Assembly (NCBI GenBank): GCA_965202585.1
Contig: OZ241831.1
Location: 12,462,001 to 12,526,000, forward strand
Origin: Thalia democratica
Taxonomy: Eukaryota
DNA: 64,000 nt
Reading direction: 5' to 3'
Position numbers and translations under genes: made by a program. The notes under the pieces were generated by a model. The model was not told the origin of the DNA and ran no database searches. It saw only the letters and a program-made list of their open reading frames with translations. Shown piece after piece: positions 50,601-62,600 of this stretch. Each line of letters begins with the position of its first letter. The first letter of the stretch is position 1.

Positions 50601-53600
50601 ATACAACAAAAATTTGTTTAATCTGAGTAAATATCAAAATTTTAACTATTGTTCAAGCAACAATAACCTAAAAAAAGTAAATTTACCTTTTTACTGTTCT
50701 AATGTAAAGTTTATACGATTATTTGTAAATCTTTAAACTTTCGTAAAACTGTTTTGAAAAAATCAACCCATGAAAACGTCCTAAGATTTATATTATTTAC
50801 ATTACAAAATTTTGTTGTAAATAGTTATAGTTTTAAATTCTCGGATATTCAAAAAGTTGCTTAGATTTTAAAGTGTTATAAATCCCAAAACAACATTCGT
50901 AGTAAAATGAAAAATTCTTAACTATAACTATTTAAGTATATGTTTGCTCGTGTTTTTTTTTAATTGCAATCAAATAAATGAGGTATGATCAACCAAAATT
51001 AAATGTTAAAACTTAAAAGAAACATTGAGTATTTGGAAAAAACACAAAATAGTTTGTGTAGAAAATCTAAATGTAGAATTCTCAAATTGTGAAAGTATAA
51101 TTTAAAAGGTGAGATTAATTTTTCGATATAAACAAGATGACATTTTTCATGAATTTTAACTAAAAATGTATGCCCAAAAGTTCAAATAACAAAACTAAAC
51201 GGTACTATAATTGATTTTATTTAATACATAAAACAAGTGAAAAGCGACTAAAACTCATATAAACATTTGACAGCTGCTAAATAAGCTTATATAAATTTGC
51301 AACAAACCGTTGTTGATACCTGGCTTTTGTTGATCGTAACACCGAGGCATTGTCGTAAAACCGAGGTTAATTCTTGGATTTGCTCACTACTTGCACCCCC
51401 ACTCATTGCCAGCCCGTCAAACTGCTCGTCACTCTGCAACGAGCTTTAATTGTGACGTCATAATCATAAGCTGTCATCGGTCGCACTTTCAAACTGAGCG
51501 TTTTGTCTTCTGCAGCATGCAGGTTTTTATTTTGTTAAAGAAAATTTATTATGCAGCATTATTCATAGTGAACTCATGGGTCAATAGTTAATAAAGCCAA
51601 AAAGTTACTTTAACTTTTTTTAAAAGTCATTAATTTTTAGATTGCTAAAATAATACTAACAGTTAACAGTTAAAAAAATATTTGTATATATTTAAGACTA
51701 TAGATATAAGCAAAATTTTATAATTTATAATTTATTTTTAAATGTTCTTTTTTATTATTTTATTTATTCAAGCTTACGTATTTACAAATTACTATTATAA
51801 CTAGGTAAATCATTCATACAAATAAACAAAACGTAAATTAAGTTATGTTTTCTTATGAATTGTTGTTTAATATACATTATACACATGGTATAAAAAAACA
51901 TAGTTTTCTTGAATTTTATAGAAAACTCTTATACAAAACTGATCTTTTTGATTAAACATTGGTTTTCTTTCTTAGCTATTTAGATATTTTTTGATATCGA
52001 TATTTAATTTTAAAAGGTTATTTGATTAAACTGTTTAATGTGAAATTTTTTTTGATCTTTTTAACTTCTAAAAATTTTCAACAATTTCATTCCCAACATG
52101 CTATGTAAACTTCAAAAAAACCTTAAGCTTGTGCTGAGCAACTGCTATTTAATTGGAACATTTGATTTATCTGTTTACAATTCAATTTGGAAGTTCAACA
52201 TTTAATATAAAAGAAAAATTGAAATAATAGCGGCGTTTTGTGAGTGCAAATGTGCAACATGGAAATATTTTGTTACGACGACGCGTGTTGTTAGACTGTT
52301 CCTTTCACTGTGACGTAATAATCAATATATTTCTGTTTGCTATTAACGAGAAATGATGAAATTTTACATTGCTAAACGGCCTTTATCTAAAACATAAAGA
52401 TATTTTCCGGTGTTTCCTTGTATGAAAAGTTTTCTTTAATTTTTAACGTTATCATATCAAAAGTACTACATTTGGAGTAACTAAAAACTGAGTATTTGTT
52501 AAATTTAAATTTTGAAAAAGCAAGTGTTCTATAACTATTTTTTTTAATCTAAGTTTTAACCTGTTTATAATAATCTTGTATAACAATGTATAGTTATATC
52601 TGAGGGAACAGTTATAACAAATTTAATTTTAGTTATTAAACTTAATCGTTTTATGTCAATTAATTATTTGAAGCATTGACAGTTTAATATAAATTTGTTT
52701 TCATTGTAATTAGTAGAATGTTTTTTCTAATAAATTTAATCGAAACACAAGAACGATAAATGCGGATATTCTAGGCAAACATTTTAAATATACAAAGTAC
52801 ATTAGCTTATTACTTTGTAATTATTTTAAGCCTAATAATATTTTTACTTTACGTTCATAACAAACTAGTTTGATGTTTATTTACTTGAAAATTTTGTACT
52901 TCATTGGGAGTTTTAAGCTATTTAAACCGCAGTTAGTTTATTGAAAAGCACCAAACAAACACCACTCTGTTTATGCCAAGAGCTTAACAACTTTAAAGTT
53001 TGATGACTTTTAACGAGCTGTTAAATTTGCACAAATTACTCAGAGCTGTCACAGCTTGCTTGTTAACCCTTGAGTCATTAAATCGAATTTTCATGAGGTC
53101 TAATTGACCCCTCTATTGCTTGTACGCGCGCGACGAAGTGTGCATTGATGACGTAATACGATGACACGTTTCATTGTTGTCGTGACGTAACACATCGTCA
53201 CACTCGCATCGTACTTTCCTCTGTCCGGAATGGCAGCGAAATGCCAATTACTTGAGCTGGCCTATAAAAAACTACATTGATGTCGTTTGCGTTGTTTATG
53301 AGCTTATTGTTGAGTATTTTATACGACTTTACGTCGTTAAAAGAATCCAGTAGTAAAATTGTTGTCGTAAATGTTTTTTAAGTATTTTTATTAAGTTTTT
53401 AAAGCGTTGAATATCAATTTTACATTATTCACCTTTTAAGTAAATTTCTTTATTTTTAGTTTGGTTATAAATTATTTTACACTTAATGTCCATATACTTT
53501 TTTCATAAATAGTGTACTAGTTACTGTTTAATTGTGAGTATATAGTAAGAACTTTTTTTTGTATTTTATATATTTTATCTTTTCTATAACTTTTAGTATT

Positions 53601-56600
53601 AATTATTTTAAAACAAAGTTGTACTAAGACAATTTGTATGCTCTAATTTTTAAGTTTATGAATTTCTATCAGTAGTTCACAATCATTTTTCAATCTAAAG
53701 AATTTTTTTAACATTTGTCAAGTTTGACTAATTTTATTAAAACTTCGTGAAAATATTTTAACATGTTTCATTAGAATTTTTTTTTAATGATAAATTTGTA
53801 ACTAAATGTAACAAACTTTTAAAGTAGATGATGTATTAAAGGTATTTTGTTTGTGTAAAATTTTATGTATAAATTAAGTAACTTTATAAAAACATATAAT
53901 TATGATATTCCTATACAACATTCTCTTAACTTAGTGTAAAAAGTGCTCGTTCTAGAAAACACTGAAAGCAATATTTCGTATTATATTTTAATTATAGCAT
54001 AAAACATTTTTGAAGTTTTTAATAGTATTTTCTAAATTTAACGACGAGATAATATGTTTTAATTAATTATACAAAAATATTTATTTTTTGATGACATTGT
54101 AATAAAGTAACTAATAACACCTTTATAATATTTAGATTAAAGTTAGTAGTGCTAGAACGAGTTTTAGAAGTTTGAATTTTTAAGCTTTTTATAATAAACA
54201 GCCTATTTTAAATGTATCAAATTACAAAAGGAATCCAAATGTTAGATTAACTTTTTCAAAATAAAATACTATTGTGAATAAAAACTTAACTTTACTAATA
54301 AATTTAATTTAAAAGGTTTACATTATACATGTTAATATATAAATATAATGTATGTTAATAAATTATTTTTATTAGCCTTTGACAAGCATTTGTTCGTTTT
54401 TGTCTTCATGGTTTCGGATAATAATAACATCATCAGATTCAGCTTCTATTGTTTTTATTTAATTTAATTTGAAAAACGTTGCACTGATAAAAAAATGCTA
54501 TAAAAGGGTATTTAAACATATTACTTTAAATTTGTTTAGTTTCTACGCTGGTGCACAACTTTATTTTCTCAAGTTTCTTGAATCAAAGTAAGTTCGCAAG
54601 CGTTTTAGAATCAAGCGAATTCGAAAAAACTGCAACCACCGAAAAGCTTGCAAGCACGGAAGTTTGCAGCACAGTGTGTTGATTCAAGTCGTTGAAAGTT
54701 GTGTGTCAAGCAGCAAATTGATAAGTTGAAGCGGCCCTTGCAGAAGGAGCAGCTGTCGATGCAGCAACGAAAGCAGAGGAGCAGAGAGGTCCAGCAGCAG
54801 ACAAATCGATTTCTGGCCAGCAGCGGCAAGCAAAAGAAGAAACAAAAGCAGAGGCGCTCGCAGATGACGAGTGAGAAGAAAAGGCGCGCAGCGGGTAGGT
54901 GGAGTTTGCCGCGGAGCCAAATTGGCAGCGCTTGAAAGGCAGGGATCAACTCGATTCGCTTCGTTGGTCAAGGTCAACTGTAAGAGTATTTTGCCCGCGA
55001 ACCGAAAAGTCCCTTTTCGTTCGGGTCGATCGTGAGTTAGATGGTGAAAGCTTTCCCTTTGGGTAACAAAAAGTTCTTAGTGGTTTGAAAGCTTAGCAGT
55101 TAGGCGACTTGGATGCTGATGTACAGCTTAATCTTGTTTTGAAGTTATAACTTTGCCATAGAAAACTTATTAAGTGAATTTACATACTAGACTTACATAG
55201 AGTATTTTTTAAGCATTTATCATGGTTTATTTTTATATCTCTTTACAAAACTAAGGAAGTTAAAAAAAATAAACAAGCTCTAAATTAAAGTGCAAATTAC
55301 AACTATTAATTATGCTTTAAAGTCAGTTTTATATTGACTTTTACAAAAGATTTACTTCTTTTAAACAACTAACAAACGTTAAATATTTTTTTAGTTTATG
55401 TAATTTATATTAATATTTTAATTTATAAGCAAAAAAGTTAGTATAGACTATTTTGTTTAATCTATTTTAAGTAAAAGCTGTATTAAACCTATTTATTTTA
55501 AAAATAAGTGTTTTAGATAAACTGAAATTACAAAAACACATAACAGAAGTATGAAAAGAACGAAAAGTTAAAAACAGTAAACACAAAACTTAAAATTTAA
55601 TATTCATGAACTAAGAATAAAAACATTGTTTTAAACAACAAATATGAAAAAAAATATCGTTTCATCGGTCATCCTTTTAATAAGCAATTTAAATGGAAGA
55701 ATTTAAAATTTGTCGAATGTGTATTGTGGTCTGCTTAAGTTAAATTTTATTATTTCAATAATTCATACACAGCCTTAGGACAAATATTTACACTTTAAGA
55801 ATTTGAAAAAAAAAAATTTTTACATAATTCATTCTAAACAAGAAAATGTTTAGATAATTGTTGAACAATTTTTTTATAATTTTCGAGTTTGAACGGTCGA
55901 AGTGTATAAAAAGCAATTACTATAGTTGAACCATGAAATTGTCAATAGAAATTTCTTAATGCCAATTTAACTTAAATGTTTTTCATTTTTAAGAAAATTA
56001 AAGTGTCTTCTAGCTTTTAGATTAAAAATATATGTCTTTAAACAAGATGAAAAAATGTTTTTACACAACATTTTAATACTTTTTCACATAATATTCTAAT
56101 TTAAGTTTTAGTTACTTAAAGTTTTGTTTTTTATATTTTTATCAATTTTAAACGATTGATAAACATTTTAACTTTAAACAAGATTTAATTACATAGTACT
56201 TGCATCTTTATATTGCAATAAGTTGTATGAAGCTCTTAAAATGTCCAGCAGATGTTCATTGAATTAGAATTATTAAGCAAAGCTTGTTTAGATTTATTAG
56301 TTCTTATACTTCTAATTTGTTTCAACTTTAATATTCAACAACGTATGGCACTTTGTGTCGAGCTTAAAATTTACAAGTTCAAATTATTTTTAGTTTTATT
56401 AAAAATAGGACGACAAAAAAAAACCTTAACAATTAGGTTTTGTACTTAAAAAAAAAGTTTAAAAAAATCTGCATTGAGGTTTACCACTATACACAAACCA
56501 AACTAATTTACCAGCCATAGTACAAAAAGCAAGTTTAAAATTGAGACAAAATTTCAAATTCGTGTTGAACGTCTTTTTAGTTTCAGGATCTTCTGCCGCT

Positions 56601-59600
56601 TGCCTTGAACTTGGTCCAAATATCGACGAGGTGCAGCTTCGTTGTCATGGCCACATTGTCATGACTACGCAGCTACGAGAAAGATTAATAACTCTTTGAA
56701 AACTTCGCTCATATTCTTTCAACGCTCAGCCGTTTTGTTTACTATCGTTTCAATGTTAAGTCGGTGTAATGTCGCTATATATATTTTTGTTCGCTTTAGG
56801 ATTTTCTCAAACTACACTGTATTTGATGTTGAGATTTTAACCGATTGAGTAGACTAGTAAATAAAATTTAGTAGTATTACAAATTTAAAAAACTGTGTTT
56901 CTTTAAAACACACTTTGCTTTTGATTAAACTCACAAGCATTTAATTTGCGTTATTTTGTTACTAAACTGGCAACTCAACGTTAAAGTACTTTTCTGAATA
57001 TTTTCACATAAAAACTAAACACTCTCTTCAAAGCCAAAACAACTTTGTAGACACGAAAAAACGTCATAAAGTTCAGGTCAGGTTGGTGGCAAAATCACAG
57101 TTGAAATTGGATCGATTTTTCAGCTTTGAAAGATCAAATTAAAAGCTTCGTCTTACAAGGTGTATTGCGGCTGAAAACACATTTAAAACGGTGCTGTTTA
57201 ATATTTCATAGCAACCTATAAAACGGATTTGCTTCGAGTATAACTTATTTATAAAGCACTTTGCAAAGAGCTTCGCTTCTCAAGAACAAGCATCTCGCTT
57301 ACATGTATTTTATGAGATTGTTTCTAATTCTTACAGTTTTATTTGATCTTTAAGGCAGATATTCTTATTTATTTTCGAAGTAGACAAGGTGATGATTTTA
57401 ACATAGAAACAAAACGTTTTAACAATTTCTTAACAGTTGATTCTTTAAATTTTACAATTTTTTAAATAATAAATAAGTTAAACTTCCTGAACATAAAAGT
57501 TGTTAAAAGTTAACCAATTCAAACACGTTCAATCAAAACAGAACTAAAGCATGTTCCAGCAACGAACAATCACAACAACAAGTCCAGCAACCAAATTTCG
57601 TCGCGGGGAAACTCCCGCAATCACAACAGACTACCGACCAAGAGTCCTCCTCCCTCTCAGACAAGGAGGTCCTCGTCAGCCCTCCCTCCGCACACCTCCT
57701 CGTCTCCCAACTCCAAGCCTCCCTTGTCGCAACGACCGCAATCCGCGCAAGCCAAAGTCGATTGGACCACGGTGAGTATGGTGTGAAGATAATTAATACC
57801 AAAAAGATGTTCTTTTTGCATTTTGTTTTGTAAACACTTATTATAATACTTATTAACAATTTCAGTAAAAAAACTTCAATGTACCAAAGACTGTTTTTGC
57901 AAAAAAAATGTTCACAGTTTTATAGAAGTATAAAGTTTGTAATAAAATGTATTACTCAGTCGCACATGCAAAAACAAATTTGAGTTTAGAACTCCTTCTG
58001 TAGGTTTTATTGCTGTAATATTTTCTGTTTTAAAGTTTACAAAGAACAAAAGCATCAACTTTAAATTAAGTGTTTTTATTCCGTTGTTTTTTTTTCTACT
58101 TAAAATTTTTTAATCACACACTTAATATTGTATTTACTTGACTCGTTAGTATTTTTAACCAAAACTTAGGGACTTTACCAGTATATCTTCAATTTGTAAT
58201 TCGGATTTTAAAAGTCTTGTAAAAAAATTATCTGAGGTATAAACTTTTAAAATAACTATAAAGCTTTTTATAATAATACATGAGAAAAATTTGTAACACT
58301 TAACAAAAAAATACTTTTTTAATCGATTTCCTCTTAGGTACCTTAAAAAAAGTTTTCTCTATTTTAACTAATTTTAGGTTTCACAGTTATATTTACAAAA
58401 GGTTTTTCAGAAATTTTTATCAGAAGTCATGCAGAATTTTTTTTCACTTTTTTTCAAAGTTACAGTTTTTTTACCCATTAAAAGCTAAAAAACTTTTTTT
58501 GTGTGTTTTTTTAGGCATTAAAGCGCTGATTAGTTTTAAAACAGTGATCTGAACAGTATAAACTTAATATGAAAAAATATATACGATGTAACTAAAACTT
58601 CATTGGTTCTTACTTACTGCTTATTGATTAGTTAGAAATAAGTTTTAGTGTTCTTTATAAAAGAAAGTTTAGTTACCTTGTGTTTATAACCTCCACAGGT
58701 CTAACTTAAATATTTTAGTCAAGAAAAAAAATTAAAGAAACATTGAGTATAATTATATTTTTCAAAAGATAAATTTGTTAAAGGATCTTTTGATATTAAT
58801 AACAAAGTTGCGTTAATTATAAATTCCTAAATACAATAAGTATGTTTTGTTTAAGTATACTCCAATCATTTTCAAACAAAATGAACAAAATCCATAAGAC
58901 AAGATTTTTTTAGTTTCTTACATTTAAAAAATTAGTTTTCATTTATGTAATTGACTTACTAATGCAGATAAACCGGACAAAGTTGTTGGATTTTTTTAAA
59001 CAATTATCGTTATCATAATCCAAAAAAATCTTGAGGTGTTTCATTTTTACTTACTCTCGGTTTTTAAGAGGGAGCAAAAAAGCTAACCATTATTTGAAAC
59101 AAATTTATATCTTTATACTTTAAACAGAAATTAAGCGACAACAAACTATTACAAGTACAGTGAATAAATCATTACACCAGTAGTACTTTTTACAGTAGCC
59201 TCTATTTTCTTCAAACGAAAAAATTTTCATTAAAACCATTCAAAAGGTGATCGAAGCCGCCAGAAAAATGAAGCAGGAAAACGGGGGCACGTTGCATGGC
59301 AACCGGAAGGAACAGGACAACGGGGAAAAGTACGACTCCGCAGCCCTCATGTGTCTGCCCACCAACTGCTTCGTCAGGAAGGCCTGCCTCTCTATCGTTG
59401 AGTGGAGGTTTTTGCATTTTATTAAACTTAAAGTGGTACAATTTCTATTTTTTTTTTTTAATTACCACTATAAATGTTTCGTTGCGTATATTTCCATGGC
59501 ATTAAAGCCGTACGGTAGAAAAATTAATTAGTTAACGCGGACTTGAAATAAATTCTAGCTACACAATTAATTACACTAAAACAATAATTCCTTTTTTTTA

Positions 59601-62600
59601 ATGTTTTTGCAACTCTTGACAAATAATGTGGTACAAAGTATGGAAAAAGAAAGGCAGTGAATGAAAAAGACTTATATTGTAAATATATACTTAAAACTAT
59701 GATTAAATATGTTTTATATAAAAAATAATTATTAGGTTAAACGTTTTAAATAAATTTATATCCACCCTTTTCGATTTACTATTAATTCATTAGTAGCTTT
59801 TATAGCAAATTTTAAAACTAAGTAGTAATTTAACTGTTTTTTTTTGCATAGTTGTATCTCATATTTTAAAAAATCGATGTAAAATTTAGTTTTATAAGTG
59901 TTCACAATTGGTATTAAATACACTAAACTAAAGTAAATTTTGATTTTTTTTTGAAATCATATTTTCAAGTTGCTTACAAAGCTTTTGTTTATTACGACTG
60001 TGAAAAAAAAGTTTATTTTATTATAGTTTTTTGACTCTCTTCTCTCAAAACAAAATTAACTTTAATAGTATAGACTTAATTAGTGGTTTAACGCTTTCCC
60101 ATAGTGTAAATGATTAGCTTTTAAAGAAGTTTTTACACTACTTAAGTATCAATTTATAAAAAGTGGTCGAATTAGCTACGTTAAATGACTTTAAATGTTA
60201 TCGATAAACTACGTATTTTGATTTATTATTTGAAAATTGTATCAGTTTTTACGAGCTAATTAACGTTAGAATTGTTCGGAATTAAAAAGTATATTTTTAT
60301 TTTTTTGTAAAATCAAAAAATGAAGTTTATAGTGTTGCAGTTTACGCTGTTTATAATTAAAACTAAGCTTTTGTTGGTATTTTATTACTTTATAGATGTT
60401 TAATTGAAAAAATGTTTACAAAAGCATTCACAAATTATAATTTTATAGCAGATTAGATACATATTGATAAAGTTTTAATATTGATTACTTCTATAAAGCA
60501 TATCACTATAACTACGTAAAGTATTTTTAATAAAACAGCAGGGAATTTAACTATTTTGTTGTAAAATACAGTTAAGTTTACTTTATTTGGTAATTTTATC
60601 CACAAAACTTTTAGTGTTGTTTAAAAACATTACTTAAACGCTATAAAAAATACTTTTTACAAACTAGTTTTAAACACATTTTTACATGTTAAAGAATTTC
60701 TTCATGGTTAGGTTGTTTAGTAATCCGTAAATATTTGTGCAAAAGCTCAGTGTAAGAATTATTTTCTCAAACTATTTATCTTTGTAATCATGTTAAAGAA
60801 CTATTTATGTTACCAAGTAAATGCCTAGCTTTACAAAAAGCAGTTTAAGATTTATACATATAATGTAAGTTTAGATAAAAAATACAAAAAAACACATAAA
60901 GTTTTAAAATTCTTATAATCAGTTTTATAAAAACTTAAACTTTGAAAACTACTTTTTGAAACATACTAAAAGTATTACTCCGCAACAACTAAAGCACGTA
61001 GAATATTTTATACGCAAATAGCTACATATGATTGTGTTAATACCAACTTTAAGTTTCTATTATTAGTAATTTAGGTATTTAAATTATTATAATTTTCTAA
61101 AAAGCTAAATTGAGACTGCTAAAAAGCGAACAAGATTATTACGTTATATAAAAATTATTTTTTTTTTTTTTCAACGCTGGTATATCGCCTCTGAACTTGG
61201 TATTTAAATGTTAATTAAGTTTTTCCGCTTTTTATAAATTGTCGCATAGAGAAAGAGATTTGTTTTCACATTAAAATTTGTTAGTTGTGTTATGTATAAT
61301 GTTATTTGTAAAGAAATTTACTTAGCTAGTAAAAAGCAAAGTAACTAGTAAATGTTACAAAAAAAACTATATAGTTTTCTTACAAATAATAAAAAGCAAG
61401 ATTAAACAAAAATACATTCGATCACAAGTTAAACTTTTTTATTGCAGTAAATAGTTAAGTCTTAATGGTTAACTTAGAATGCTTCTAATTTTAGCGTTAA
61501 CCAGAACTAAAATCATTATAAAGAAAATAAAAATGCCTTTCAATTAAAGCAATTTATTGTATTGTTTGAAGTTTGTTTAGCTTCAAAAGAAAGACTTTAT
61601 AAAGAGCATTAACTTTTCAAAAGCAGACTAATCAAGCTGTTCTCTTTTGTAATACTTTTATTTATAACTGATCATGCTTACAAGAAACAAATTAAATCAC
61701 ACATAACTGAAAAAGCATTACAACACTAAGCACAAATAGAAGTATTTTTTTTACTTAGACTTCGGTTTTTTCGTACTGTAGCTTAAGTTTTATTTATATG
61801 TAGAAACTTTGTTAGAAAGACAAGACAAATTGACTATCATATATAAATATTGACTATCATAATGTTAAGCAAAGGTTTAAAATGTTTCTTATTTAATATT
61901 TTTTATAAATAAAAAATCTTTTAAATTATGTATATTTAGTTAACTTGTGTTCGAATAAATAGCTTAGACTATTTTAAAACTAACAAAAAGACAATTTTAT
62001 TTTTATACAAAGTTTTAAAAGGAAATCTTTAATGTAAGCGTGTATTATAAGTTAATTGGCTTAACGAAAATATGTGGTTAATAACTTGTTTTACTGCTTT
62101 TTGTGTCATATATCATAAAGTTAAATAAATTGTTTGTAAATGCACTTCAAGTTTTTAAAACAAGCAATACAGCAGTTTTGATTAATTAAGACGTTTTAAA
62201 ACCTTTTTAATCACAAAATCCACAAATTAAAAGGTTGAATTTGTTCGTATAAGCTTCTTAACGTTCGATTCGTGTGCTTAAAGTCTGGCAAATTACGAAA
62301 CATCTAAACAAATTTTCTACCTTATTAAAGTTTTTATTAAACACAGTTAACTTGTTGCTTAAAATCATTTAAATAAACAAGAAGTACAAACGTATGAATT
62401 TTAGTATTGATAAAATATTTTTATATATCTTAGTTTTTTTTATCTTCACTGTTTTTACATATTAGCTGATCCATAATAAAGTGTTGAAAAGTTTTTTTGT
62501 TTTCTATAATCTATAAATGAAATTACATCATTTACTAAAATTTTGTACCAAAACTTATTTAATTTGTAAAATATTGTCTATATAATTATCTTGTCCTGAA

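Noticed and set aside
53947-54161. 10-bp inverted repeat CTCGTTCTAG / CTAGAACGAG about 200 bp apart
   Set aside because: Too short, with no TSD or extended arm similarity; not supportable as a MITE.
57551-57775. ORF-track protein [10 protein letters not shown]...
   Set aside because: Wrong frame of a real Cav1 exon. Only the frame ending DWTT joins the next exon in phase and restores the NSCaTE-like motif.
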